This document shows, in pieces, positions 31,281 to 41,179 of a DNA stretch of 64,000 bases. Under the pieces are notes generated by a model. The model was not told the DNA's origin. It did not search any database and saw nothing but the letters and a program-made list of their open reading frames with translations. Origin of the DNA: Candidatus Buchananbacteria bacterium CG10_big_fil_rev_8_21_14_0_10_33_19 (lineage in GTDB: Bacteria; Patescibacteriota; Patescibacteriia; 2-01-FULL-39-33); NCBI GenBank assembly GCA_002773855.1, contig PEZY01000012.1:233565-297564 (forward strand), given 5' to 3'. A program made the position numbers and the translations under genes. The stretch's first letter is position 1, and each line of letters starts with the position of its first letter.

Positions 31281-32165
31281 ATGGATAAACAATTATTAAT
31301 TTTACCATTTGATCATCGCAGTTCTTTCTCTAAGAATATTTTAGGCATCAGTGGCAAATTAAATTTAAAACAAAAAAAAGAAATTTCCGATCTTAAAAAA
31401 ATAATTTTTGAGGGTTTTTTAACAGTTTATAAAAAATACGACATTAAAGATTATTTTGGTATTTTAGTGGACGAAGAATATGGCCTATCGGTTTTAAAAC
31501 AAGCTAAGAAAAATAAAGCCATTGTCTGTTTGCCAGTAGAAAAGAGCGGCCAAAAAGAATTGAAATTTGAATATGGCAGTGCTTTTGGCTTGCATATCAA
31601 AAAAATTAATCCTGATTATGTTAAGGTATTGGTGCGCTATAATCCACTTAATAAGGAAGTTAATAAAAAGCAATTAGCTCGATTAAAAACTTTAGGAGAT
31701 TTTTGTGCTAAAAATAATTACAAAATTATTTTAGAATTACTGGTGCCACCTACTGAATATGATTTAAAAAAGTCAAAAACTGAAGATAAATATAATAACA
31801 CTTTACGATTAAAAAGATCGGTGGGAGCTATTAAAGAAATTAAAAAATTTTTAGCTGTAGATACTTGGAAGTTAGAATATTTTAGTCAAGCTGGCTGGCG
31901 CAAGATTATTAGAACGGTTGGTAAGAATTCTAAAATAATACTTTTGGGTCGTGGAGAGAATAAAGCAGTGGTTGATGGTTGGATAGAGGATGCCGCTGGA
32001 TTTTCTCAAATAGTTGGCTTTGCTATTGGCCGGACAATATTCTTGGAGGAATTGAAGAAATATCATGCTGGAAAAATTACCAAGAAAACAGCCATTTTAA
32101 AAATTTCAAATAATTTTGATTATTTTGTGAAATTATGGGCCAAGCACAAGGGTTTTGAACTATAA
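31281..32165 (+). CDS. Putative class I aldolase-like protein (DUF2090/LacD-IolC-associated family?)
   Basis: ILPFDHRSSF N-terminal motif resembles DUF2090 proteins. Assignment from memory, unverified. Confidence 0.35.
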   Translation: MDKQLLILPFDHRSSFSKNILGISGKLNLKQKKEISDLKKIIFEGFLTVYKKYDIKDYFGILVDEEYGLSVLKQAKKNKAIVCLPVEKSGQKELKFEYGSAFGLHIKKINPDYVKVLVRYNPLNKEVNKKQLARLKTLGDFCAKNNYKIILELLVPPTEYDLKKSKTEDKYNNTLRLKRSVGAIKEIKKFLAVDTWKLEYFSQAGWRKIIRTVGKNSKIILLGRGENKAVVDGWIEDAAGFSQIVGFAIGRTIFLEELKKYHAGKITKKTAILKISNNFDYFVKLWAKHKGFEL

Positions 32166-32200
32166 ATTTATAAATTAATATCATCGACCAACTGTTTAGA

Positions 32201-33205
32201 TTGGTCGTTTTATTTTTGACAGATATGGCCTCGTATGGTATTTTTTTATCAGCAATAGCACCTTACAACCCAGGAGATGATCCAATGCTCATTCCTAGAA
32301 ATATGCCAATGTCCTTAAGACACAGCCACGGCTTGCAAGAGCCAGGCCGCAGGGATTATGTTAATATTGTTTTAGCAGCATTTAATTCATTTCGGTCAAT
32401 TACTCCAGTTGGTTATTTAAGTACACCCATTACTTCGGGTCAACTTTTGTATCAAGTATTACAGTCATATGGAGTCAAAGATTTAAATGAACTAGTAGCT
32501 ATTGATGAGGATATCTTGATTAGAGAAATTATTACCCCCAACGCTCTTAGTGGAATTGCTTTGGGAGACAAGTTAGCCAGAGATTGGAAAATACCAATAA
32601 TTGTGCCACCAGTATTTGAGTCTGAAAGATGGCGCAAGTATAATCGGGATTGGGAAGAAAAAGATTACATGCATATTTGGTATCAAGTTATTAGAGAAAT
32701 GGTTGGACACATGATAATGCGTAATGGCTGGCATTATTCTAATGGTGGAGTATCAGAGTTTGTGCATGCGGTTCAGCTTCGATTAAGATTATTGCCAGAT
32801 CTTTCTGGATCTAGTAACAACACCTTTCCTAAATATTTACCATTTGATTTGTATTTAGATAGTTTTGCTGAGTTAGAAATTGAATTTCCAGAACTGCCGA
32901 TGATAATTACTGATCAGTATGGAGATATTATTACTATTGAAGCTGGAGTAGAATTAATAACTACAGCTATTATTAATCTCTACAATAGAAAATTTAAGCC
33001 CCAAAAACTTTTAGTAGCTTTGATGCATCTAATGGGTATGATTTATTCGGTTAATTCTCATTTGGAAGATGGTAAATATGAAGTTGCTGGAATTTCTGCT
33101 CCTAATAATTGCTTTAATATGGATAATATTAATAATTATTGGCTAAAGGCTATATCAATATCTGGTGAAAATGACAGAGAAATTTATCAAATCTGTCATA
33201 GTTAA
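32201..33205 (+). CDS. Hypothetical protein
   Basis: 334-aa ORF, no recognisable motif. True start may be an internal Met. Confidence 0.4.
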   Translation: MVVLFLTDMASYGIFLSAIAPYNPGDDPMLIPRNMPMSLRHSHGLQEPGRRDYVNIVLAAFNSFRSITPVGYLSTPITSGQLLYQVLQSYGVKDLNELVAIDEDILIREIITPNALSGIALGDKLARDWKIPIIVPPVFESERWRKYNRDWEEKDYMHIWYQVIREMVGHMIMRNGWHYSNGGVSEFVHAVQLRLRLLPDLSGSSNNTFPKYLPFDLYLDSFAELEIEFPELPMIITDQYGDIITIEAGVELITTAIINLYNRKFKPQKLLVALMHLMGMIYSVNSHLEDGKYEVAGISAPNNCFNMDNINNYWLKAISISGENDREIYQICHS

Positions 33206-33208
33206 TAC

Positions 33209-33238
33209 AACGCTATTTAGATAAATAGCGTTTTTTTA
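33209..33238 (+). terminator. Rho-independent terminator
   Basis: aacgctattt-agat-aaatagcgtt followed by tttttt. Confidence 0.7.
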
Positions 33239-33299
33239 TTTCCATTGCCAAAAAGTGATTATTATGCTATAGTTTAGCTATATTATTAATATAATAACT

Positions 33300-34955
33300 A
33301 TGAAAAAATTGTTAAAAAATAAACTATTTTGGGTAATATCGACAATAGTTATAGTCATTGTGGTGATGATTATTTCCAATATAGTTAATTCAGGTGATAA
33401 GACTGAATATACGACCGAAGATGCTAAGCGTGGAAATTTAACTCAAACTGTAACTGCTTCTGGAGCAGTGGCTTCAGCTAATGAAATCGAACTTAATTTT
33501 AGAAGTCCTGGAAAATTAGTTAAATTACAAGTTAAAGAGGGTGACAAGGTAAAGTCTGGTCAGTTGTTAGCTAGTATTGATTCACTTAGTTTGTCAGCTC
33601 AAGCTGCACAATACAGAGCTAATGTAGATGCGGCTAAAGCTGATTTGGAAAAAATAATTGCTGGTTCTTCTTCGGAGCAAGTAACTGTTTATCAAGAACA
33701 GTATAATAAAGCTCGAAATGATTTAAATACACTTGTCAGTAAACAGGATAATGAGTTAAAAACTCTAAGAGAAAAATCTTTAAACGAAATTAATAATACT
33801 TCTTTTATTATTTCGGTGGCTTTGGATAAAGTTTATAATCATTTATTGAATAATAATAATACTGCTAATTTACAGGTTTCTAATCTTGGTCTTTTAAATA
33901 AAATTGATAGTGATTATTTTGAAATAGTGGCGGGGTTTAATTCTTTAAAAGATAGAATTAACCAAGTTAATTTAGATAAGTCAACAGAAATTATTGTGTC
34001 CGCTTCTAATGACGTTACTGCTTTTTTAGATACTGTTAATTCTTTTTTAGATGATTCATTTAAAGTAGCTGATGCTATAATTATCAATACAACTTATACC
34101 CAAACTAAAAAGGATACTATTAAATCTGATATTACCACTCAACAATCTAGTATTAATTCTTCACTGACATCTATTCAAGCTGCTAAGTCAAATTTGATTA
34201 ATTCCATAAATAGTTATAATTCTTTGGTGCTAGCAGCTGAAAACTCGTTGTCTATTGCTCAGGCTCAGTTGGATTTGACTAAAGCGGGACCAAGAAGTTT
34301 TGAAATCGATGCGGCTAAGGCCAAAGTGGCTCAAGCTCAGGCTCAACTAAATCAGATTTTAGCTAACTTAAATGATTACAGTATTATTGCGCCAATTGAT
34401 GGCACAGTTACTGAGGTTAATTTTAGTTTAGGCGAGCAAACCGATGTTTCAAAACCAGCTATTAAGATGTTAAGCGTTGAACAATTCGAAGTAAAAGTAG
34501 ATATTTCTGAATCTGATATTGCTAAATTGAGCGTTGGTGACGCAGTAGTTATTTCTTTGGATGCCTTTGGTTCTGATCATTTATTCTCTGGTAAGGTGGC
34601 TTTTATTGATCCAGCTCAAACTGCTATTTCTGATGTTATTTATTATAAAACTACGGTTAGTTTAGAATCTAATTCTTGGACCGAAAAAATAAAACCTGGT
34701 ATGAGTGCCGATGTCACTATTACTACAGATATGAAAGAAAATGTAATTTACGTTTCTCAAAGAGGTGTTAAAATCAGAGAAGCTTTACTAGGAGATGTGC
34801 CACAAAAATATGTTGAGGTGTTAATAAATGACAATCAAATCCAGGAAAAAAATGTAGAAACTGGTTTGCGCGCTGATAATGGCTTGGTAGAAGTGATTAG
34901 CGGAGTTGAAGATGGTGATAAAATTATAACTTTCAAAAAAACTATCAATAAATAA
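33300..34955 (+). CDS. HlyD/MacA-family periplasmic adaptor with an unusually long coiled-coil hairpin
   Basis: N-terminal TM. Barrel-sandwich motifs (VKEGDKVKSGQLLASID ... IIAPIDGTVTEVN). ~250-aa alpha-helical insert. Start of an operon with ABC ATPase and FtsX permeases. Confidence 0.8.
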   Translation: MKKLLKNKLFWVISTIVIVIVVMIISNIVNSGDKTEYTTEDAKRGNLTQTVTASGAVASANEIELNFRSPGKLVKLQVKEGDKVKSGQLLASIDSLSLSAQAAQYRANVDAAKADLEKIIAGSSSEQVTVYQEQYNKARNDLNTLVSKQDNELKTLREKSLNEINNTSFIISVALDKVYNHLLNNNNTANLQVSNLGLLNKIDSDYFEIVAGFNSLKDRINQVNLDKSTEIIVSASNDVTAFLDTVNSFLDDSFKVADAIIINTTYTQTKKDTIKSDITTQQSSINSSLTSIQAAKSNLINSINSYNSLVLAAENSLSIAQAQLDLTKAGPRSFEIDAAKAKVAQAQAQLNQILANLNDYSIIAPIDGTVTEVNFSLGEQTDVSKPAIKMLSVEQFEVKVDISESDIAKLSVGDAVVISLDAFGSDHLFSGKVAFIDPAQTAISDVIYYKTTVSLESNSWTEKIKPGMSADVTITTDMKENVIYVSQRGVKIREALLGDVPQKYVEVLINDNQIQEKNVETGLRADNGLVEVISGVEDGDKIITFKKTINK

Positions 34956-35677
34956 TGTCTAAGAATATAATAAAAATTCAGGATTTAAAAAAGGACTATG
35001 TTAATGACGAGATGGTGACATCAGTATTACATGGTTTGAATTTTGCAATTGATCAAGGTGAATTTTTGGCTATTATGGGTCCATCTGGATCTGGCAAGTC
35101 TACCTTAATGCATATTTTGGGTTTTTTAGACACGCCTACTTCTGGTAAATATATTTTTAAAGATCGTGATGTTTCTAATTTAGAAGAGGATGATTTAGCC
35201 AAAATTAGAAACGAAGAAGTAAGTTTTATATTTCAAACATTTAATTTATTACCCAAAACTTCAGTTTATGAAAACGTTAAGTTACCATTGCTTTATAGCG
35301 CTTTAGGTGATCATGACAAGCGAGTTAAAGAGGCGATAGAATCAGTAGGTTTGTCGCATCGAATCAACAATCTTTCTAATCAATTATCTGGCGGTGAAAG
35401 ACAGCGAGTAGCTATTGCCAGAGCTTTGGTTACTAATCCTAGTGTCATATTTGCTGATGAACCAACAGGAAATTTGGATACAAAATCTGGTCAAGCGGTG
35501 ATGGAAATTTTAGAAGAATTAAATAACAATGGCCATACTATTATTTTGGTAACTCATGAACAGTACACTGCTCAGCATGCCGAGCGAATTATAAAAATTA
35601 TAGATGGTAAAATTGTAAGTGATGACAAGGTAGTTGAAAGACGCTCATCAATTAATGGCGATAATTTTATAAAATAA
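34955..35677 (+). CDS. ABC transporter ATP-binding protein (MacB/LolD family)
   Basis: Walker A GPSGSGKST, signature LSGGERQR, Walker B IFADEPTGNLD. Confidence 0.9.
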   Translation: MSKNIIKIQDLKKDYVNDEMVTSVLHGLNFAIDQGEFLAIMGPSGSGKSTLMHILGFLDTPTSGKYIFKDRDVSNLEEDDLAKIRNEEVSFIFQTFNLLPKTSVYENVKLPLLYSALGDHDKRVKEAIESVGLSHRINNLSNQLSGGERQRVAIARALVTNPSVIFADEPTGNLDTKSGQAVMEILEELNNNGHTIILVTHEQYTAQHAERIIKIIDGKIVSDDKVVERRSSINGDNFIK

Positions 35678-35690
35678 AAAAGAGCTATAT

Positions 35691-35858
35691 TTAGCCCTTA
35701 AAGTATTTTTTAATTTTATTAAATAATTGAGGTGTTACTAGTAGAATACAGCCAATTATATAACCTAGAGCCAAAAGTTTTAGCGGTGGGGCAAAAAAGG
35801 CAGTTAGACTAACACCTATTGTTATGCCAGCTCCGATTCTGGTAATTGGATTTATCAT
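35691..35858 (-). CDS. Possible small membrane protein (55 aa), antisense to the transporter operon, not in the track
   Basis: ATG preceded by GGAGGAAGAGTATAA. Translation MINPITRIGAGITIGVSLTAFFAPPLKLLALGYIIGCILLVTPQLFNKIKKYFKG. Confidence 0.3.
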   Translation of the reverse strand: MINPITRIGAGITIGVSLTAFFAPPLKLLALGYIIGCILLVTPQLFNKIKKYFKG

Positions 35859-35934
35859 TTATACTCTTCCTCCGATTTTGAAATGAACTGATAAATTATC
35901 TTATGATTTATTAGTTAAATTTGTCAAATTAATT

Positions 35935-37170
35935 ATGACTTTAATTGATGGCATAAAATTATCTTTTTCTGTATTACGATCTAATAAGATTCGTAGTTTT
36001 TTGACTAGCTTGGGTATTATTATTGGTATTGCAGCGGTTATTATAATTATTTCTGTGGGTGCTGGGGCTCAGAGCTTGATTATTAATCAACTTAATTCGG
36101 TCGGCACTAATTTAGTGGGAGTACTACCTGGAGCTTCTGATGAAAATGGTCCACCAGCCTCGGTTTTTGGCATTGTGGTAACTACTTTAAAATATGAGGA
36201 CGCGGTAGCTATTAAAAAACAAGTGCCCAATGTAGTGGCTGTTAGTTCTTATAATTCCGGGGTATCAACAATTACTTATCAGAGTAATTCAGTAGATGCT
36301 AATTTTAATGGGGTAATGAGTGATTATCTGAATGTAGAAGATACCGAGTTGCTACTAGGTAGATTTTTTACTGCCGAAGAAGAGAATAGTAATGTGCGAG
36401 AGGTGGTTTTGGGCTATGAAGTTTATCAGGATTTGTTTAGTGGCGATGATCCACTGGGTAAAAGAATAAAAATTAAAAAAGAGACTTTTGAAGTTATTGG
36501 AGTGATGAAAGAGCGAGGCACTGCCGGTTTCCAGAGTCAGGATAATATAGTTTTAATTCCGGTGTCTACAGCCCAAAAAATAATGTTGGGTGTAGATTAT
36601 GTTAATTATATTAGAGTTAAAATAAACGATACTAATAATTTAGATCGAGCAACTGAAGATATTAAATTTTTATTAAGAGATAGACATGATATTAGAATTG
36701 ATGGCACTGATGATTTTTCGGTTAGAAATACTAAAGATGCCATTGATACATTACTGACAGTAACCGATGCTCTAAAGTTTTTCTTAGCAGCTATTGCTGC
36801 TATTTCGTTAGTGGTCGGTGGCGTGGGTGTAATGAATATTATGTTAGCAGCTGTCACAGAACGAGTTAGAGAAATTGGTTTAAGAAAAGCGGTAGGAGCT
36901 AGACGATCACATATTATAATTCAATTTGTTTTGGAGACTATGGCTATTACCTTAATTGGCGGTATTATTGGTATTATTTTAGGAGTTATTATATCAGCGG
37001 TTATTGCTTTTGTGGCTAACTATCTGGGTTATAGTTGGGATTTTGTAGTTTCTTTTAGTTCAATATTACTGAGTACTGGTGTGTCGGCTGGCATTGGATT
37101 GATTTTTGGTATTTATCCAGCTCAGAAAGCGGCTAAATTGGATCCGATTGAGGCTTTGAGGTATGAATAA
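35935..37170 (+). CDS. ABC transporter permease, FtsX/MacB family (permease 1)
   Basis: N-terminal TM, large periplasmic domain, C-terminal FtsX four-TM bundle. Confidence 0.85.
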   Translation: MTLIDGIKLSFSVLRSNKIRSFLTSLGIIIGIAAVIIIISVGAGAQSLIINQLNSVGTNLVGVLPGASDENGPPASVFGIVVTTLKYEDAVAIKKQVPNVVAVSSYNSGVSTITYQSNSVDANFNGVMSDYLNVEDTELLLGRFFTAEEENSNVREVVLGYEVYQDLFSGDDPLGKRIKIKKETFEVIGVMKERGTAGFQSQDNIVLIPVSTAQKIMLGVDYVNYIRVKINDTNNLDRATEDIKFLLRDRHDIRIDGTDDFSVRNTKDAIDTLLTVTDALKFFLAAIAAISLVVGGVGVMNIMLAAVTERVREIGLRKAVGARRSHIIIQFVLETMAITLIGGIIGIILGVIISAVIAFVANYLGYSWDFVVSFSSILLSTGVSAGIGLIFGIYPAQKAAKLDPIEALRYE

Positions 37171-37199
37171 AATTCAAAATTTAAAATAGATAAAATTAA

Positions 37200-38450
37200 A
37201 TGGACAATATATTATTACCAATACAATTAGCTTGGAAATCATTGTTTCTTCATAAGGGTCGAACCTTTTTGACGGTTTTGGGTATTATTATTGGTATTTC
37301 AGCGGTAATTATTGTGATGTCAGCCGGCGAGAGTATTAAAGCTTTGGTGTTAGGGGAATTTGAATCATTTGGCTCTGATTATATTCAAATTGAAGTGAAG
37401 GTGCCAACGGCCAAAAAGAATTCAGCCGCTAATGCTGGTGGTATTGCTCAGGGTATTCAAATTACTACCTTAAAAAATAAAGACGCCGAAGATATTGGTA
37501 AATTGGACAGTATTAAAGAAGCTGGTGGTGGCGTGATGGGCCAAAGTGTTGTTTCATATGGCAACGAAAACAAAGTGGTTAATTATATGGGTAGTTCTAG
37601 TTCTATTTTAAATATTATGGGTATTGATGTGGCTATTGGTCAATCGTATACCAATGAAGATGACGATCAATTGGCCAAAGTGGTGGTTTTGGGTTCTAAA
37701 GTAGCGGAAGAATTATTCGGTAATATTGATCCAATTGGTAAAAATGTTAAATTAGGTAAGACTTCTTTCAGAGTGGTGGGCATAGCTAAGGAAAAAGGTC
37801 AGAGTTTAGGTTTTAATTATGATGAAATGGTTTATGTGCCACTACAAACTTCTCAAAAGTTATTATTGGGTATTGATTATTTAATGTTTATTACTACCAA
37901 AGTAACAAATCCGGATAACATGGAAGCGACAGCAGTAGAAATTGAAGATCTACTTAGACAAAATCATGATATTACCAATGCTGATGATGACTTTGCAGTA
38001 ACCACAGCTACCGAGGCCCTAGATATGATTAATACTATTTTTGGTGGTATGACATTACTGCTAGTAGCTATTGCTGGCATATCACTGTTGGTAGGTGGAG
38101 TGGGTATTATGAATATTATGTATGTGTCGGTTACTGAAAGAACATTTGAAATTGGTCTTCGCAAATCCTTGGGAGCCAAAAAGAAACAAATTTTGTGGCA
38201 GTTTTTGTGGGAGGCAATAGTGGTGACTTTATTTGGTGGTATGATTGGAATTGTGGTGGGAGTGATTATGACTTTTTTGATTAGTTTAATAGCTTCACAA
38301 ATTGGCTTTGCCTGGGAATTTATTCTGCCACCGCAAGCTATTATTATCGCTTTTGTATTTTCGACTGTGGTTGGTTTGATATTTGGTTATTATCCGGCTA
38401 GTCGGGCGGCGGTTATGGATCCTATAGTGGCTATTAGATATGAAAAATAA
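37200..38450 (+). CDS. ABC transporter permease, FtsX/MacB family (permease 2)
   Basis: Same architecture as permease 1, a paralog (GVGIMNIM..SVTERT.EIGLRK). Confidence 0.85.
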   Translation: MDNILLPIQLAWKSLFLHKGRTFLTVLGIIIGISAVIIVMSAGESIKALVLGEFESFGSDYIQIEVKVPTAKKNSAANAGGIAQGIQITTLKNKDAEDIGKLDSIKEAGGGVMGQSVVSYGNENKVVNYMGSSSSILNIMGIDVAIGQSYTNEDDDQLAKVVVLGSKVAEELFGNIDPIGKNVKLGKTSFRVVGIAKEKGQSLGFNYDEMVYVPLQTSQKLLLGIDYLMFITTKVTNPDNMEATAVEIEDLLRQNHDITNADDDFAVTTATEALDMINTIFGGMTLLLVAIAGISLLVGGVGIMNIMYVSVTERTFEIGLRKSLGAKKKQILWQFLWEAIVVTLFGGMIGIVVGVIMTFLISLIASQIGFAWEFILPPQAIIIAFVFSTVVGLIFGYYPASRAAVMDPIVAIRYEK

Positions 38451-38522
38451 AGCGCACAGTACAAGTTGAAAGTCTATTAGGGATTGATTTTTCTATTAAC
38501 TTTCAACTTTTAACTCGTTATT

Positions 38523-39653
38523 ATGTTACTTATACGGAATTTGTCAATTTTTAAGCGAATGGATTGGTCATTGCTGGTGACTGTTTTTTTACTGTCCTTA
38601 TTTGGACTAGCAGCTATTTATAGTGTGGCTTTAGGACAAGGCTTGGGTGAATTTTTAAATTTTAAAAAACAGCTACTGTGGTTAACTGTTGGTTTAATTT
38701 CGATGTTGTTTTTTTCTAATATTGATTATCATTATTTACAAAAAATAGGTTGGTTTGGTTATTTTATTAGCTTGGTGCTTTTAATTTTAGTTTTAACGCC
38801 ACTAGGATCAACAATTCGGGGAACTAGAGGTTGGTTTTCTTTGGGATTTTTTAGTTTTCAGCCAGTGGAATTGGCCAAGATTTTTTTAATCGTGATATTG
38901 GCGAATATTTACTGTCATTGTTCTAGAACAATCAATCAGTTTCGTCATTTATTTTTAATTGGTTTTGTAGCGTTGGTACCATTTATTTTGGCAGTAGTTC
39001 AACCTGATTTTGGCTCAGCTATGGTTTTATTTTTTACTTGGTTTATCTCATTTTTTTTAATAACTAAAAATAAATGGCATATAATTTTTGTCATGGTTTC
39101 TTTGGTAGCAATGTTTATTATTGCTTGGTTTTTTGTTTTTCAAACTTACCAGAAAGATCGAATTAATACTTTTCTTAATCCATCACTAGATCCACTAGGC
39201 AGTGGTTATAATGTTAGACAGTCAATTATTGCTGTTGGAGCTGGTCGTTTACTGGGCCGAGGTCTAGGCTTTGGATCGCAGAGTCAATTAAAATTTATAC
39301 CAGAAAGTCAGACTGATTTTATTTTTTCGGTGATTGCTGAAGAATTAGGCTTTATTGGCGTAGCCATGCTTTTAGGTTTCTTTTTGATGTTATTTTATCG
39401 GTTTTATAAAATTGCCTTACTAGCTCCTGATGATTTTGGGATGTTTTTGTCGATACTAGTGGCAATACTAATATTTATTCATGTCTTTATTAATATTGGT
39501 ATGGGTATTGGACTTTTGCCGGTGACTGGAATTTCCTTGCCATTTGTTTCTTATGGTGGAAGTTTTATTGTGGTGATGTTAACCTTGATTGGGATTGTGA
39601 TGAATGTTTATAAATCAGGTTTAATATCTCGTAAGGGTCAAATTGAGATTTGA
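38523..39653 (+). CDS. rodA: SEDS-family peptidoglycan glycosyltransferase RodA/FtsW
   Basis: 10-TM SEDS protein (QPDFGSA.. and SQTDFIFS..EE.GF.G motifs). rodA inferred from the mre/PBP2 content nearby. Confidence 0.8.
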   Translation: MLLIRNLSIFKRMDWSLLVTVFLLSLFGLAAIYSVALGQGLGEFLNFKKQLLWLTVGLISMLFFSNIDYHYLQKIGWFGYFISLVLLILVLTPLGSTIRGTRGWFSLGFFSFQPVELAKIFLIVILANIYCHCSRTINQFRHLFLIGFVALVPFILAVVQPDFGSAMVLFFTWFISFFLITKNKWHIIFVMVSLVAMFIIAWFFVFQTYQKDRINTFLNPSLDPLGSGYNVRQSIIAVGAGRLLGRGLGFGSQSQLKFIPESQTDFIFSVIAEELGFIGVAMLLGFFLMLFYRFYKIALLAPDDFGMFLSILVAILIFIHVFINIGMGIGLLPVTGISLPFVSYGGSFIVVMLTLIGIVMNVYKSGLISRKGQIEI

Positions 39654-39684
39654 TTTTTAAACTGTTATAGCTTACTATAAAAAT

Positions 39685-40035
39685 ATGAAAGATATATTAC
39701 CACCCAACAATAGACCATCTGAGGATGGCCTAAAAATGATTAGTCATTGTCCGGTTTGTCATTATAATAACACGGCTATTGAAGCCAAAGTTTTAGAAGA
39801 GAACGACAATTCTCATTTGGTTTATATAAAGTGCAAGAGATGTCAGTCAGCGGTTTTAGCTTTATTTTCGGCTAATAGCATGGGGGTTAGTTCTGTGGGA
39901 GTGATAACTGATTTTGATAGTTATGAGGTGGCTAAGTTTAGGGACCTGTCTAGAGTTAATAGTGATGATGTTTTAAACATTAAACAGGCTTTGACAGACA
40001 ATGATAATTTTGTTAAATTATTGTCTAGTCTTTAG
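39685..40035 (+). CDS. Hypothetical Cys4 zinc-ribbon protein
   Basis: CPVCHY...CKRCQS. Confidence 0.4.
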   Translation: MKDILPPNNRPSEDGLKMISHCPVCHYNNTAIEAKVLEENDNSHLVYIKCKRCQSAVLALFSANSMGVSSVGVITDFDSYEVAKFRDLSRVNSDDVLNIKQALTDNDNFVKLLSSL

Positions 40036-40072
40036 TTCTTTTAAACTTATAACACAACTAGGGAGAATAGCT

Positions 40073-40432
40073 ATGTCAGACAAAGTTGAAGATTTAGATG
40101 TAGAATTGATAGAATCTGATCGTGCAGTTTTTGATGTTATGGGTCATTTTACAGAGCAAGTTTTTGGTTTGATTAACGACTGTGATCAGGCAGAAAATTT
40201 GTCTGATGATCAAAAAAAACAAATTGCGGCACGAATACCAGAAATATTAGCCTATAAAAATAAACATCAGTTAGATGCCATTAATGCCACTATTAATATT
40301 GAGGCCTTGAAAAAATCTTGCCTTAAATTGATTGCTTCTGTACCAGATGATAATAAAGTAGAGGCTCTGGAATTTTGCAAAGAAATATTTGATTATGATC
40401 CACTTGAGGATAAGCTTAGATTGTGGTTGTAA
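40073..40432 (+). CDS. Hypothetical acidic protein
   Basis: ORF in frame with track ORF 40001..40432. Start chosen at MSDKVEDLD. Confidence 0.35.
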   Translation: MSDKVEDLDVELIESDRAVFDVMGHFTEQVFGLINDCDQAENLSDDQKKQIAARIPEILAYKNKHQLDAINATINIEALKKSCLKLIASVPDDNKVEALEFCKEIFDYDPLEDKLRLWL

Positions 40433-40475
40433 TAAACATGGTATTTAACAGCTCAATGAGCTGTTTTTATTTTAC

Positions 40476-40504
40476 TTGACAATTTGCATTTATTTTGTTA
40501 AATT
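40476..40504 (+). promoter_or_regulatory. Sigma70-like promoter upstream of rplY
   Basis: TTGACA, 17-nt spacer ending attttgt, then TAAATT. Same architecture as the rpsB promoter at 46212. Confidence 0.5.
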
Positions 40505-40537
40505 GAAGAGGTATTAAAAATAAGTAAATATTGAATT

Positions 40538-41176
40538 ATGACTCTTAAATTGAAGGCTAATCTTAGAACATTGGTTGGCAAAAAAGCACAAATAACTAGA
40601 ACAGAAGGTAAAATTCCAGCTGTGGTTTATGGTAGTGGTGTAGAAAACAAAAATCTAGAATTAGATTATAATGCTTTTGATAAGGTATTTAAAGAAGGTG
40701 GTGAAAGTACTATTGTTGATTTAAATATTGGTGATGAAGCGGTAAAAGTGGTTATTTCTGATGTTCAGTATGACCCGGTTAAAGGTGTATACCGACATGT
40801 AGATTTTCATCAAATTAAAATGGACGAAGCAATTACGGCTAATGTGGAATTAACTTTTATTGGTGAACCAAGAACTGTTAAAGAATCTGGCGGTGTATTA
40901 GTTCATAATATTAGTGAAATTGAAATTAAATGTTTACCTAGTGATTTAGTTGGTGGTATTGAAGTGGATGTTTCTAAATTAGATACTTTTGAAGATGTTA
41001 TTACTGTAGCTGATTTGATACTTTCTGATAAGATAGAAATTATTGGTCATGAGCCAACTGACGTAGTAGCTATGGTGTCAAAACCAAGAGCAGAAGAACT
41101 TGAGGCGGTAATAGAACCAGAAACTCCAGTTGTCGAAGATTCTAAAGCTGAAAATAAAGAATCAGCAACAAAATAA
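40538..41176 (+). CDS. rplY: 50S ribosomal protein L25/general stress protein Ctc
   Basis: L25 N-terminal beta-barrel (RT..GK...R..G.IPAVVYG) plus C-terminal acidic extension. Confidence 0.85.
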   Translation: MTLKLKANLRTLVGKKAQITRTEGKIPAVVYGSGVENKNLELDYNAFDKVFKEGGESTIVDLNIGDEAVKVVISDVQYDPVKGVYRHVDFHQIKMDEAITANVELTFIGEPRTVKESGGVLVHNISEIEIKCLPSDLVGGIEVDVSKLDTFEDVITVADLILSDKIEIIGHEPTDVVAMVSKPRAEELEAVIEPETPVVEDSKAENKESATK

Positions 41177-41179
41177 AAG

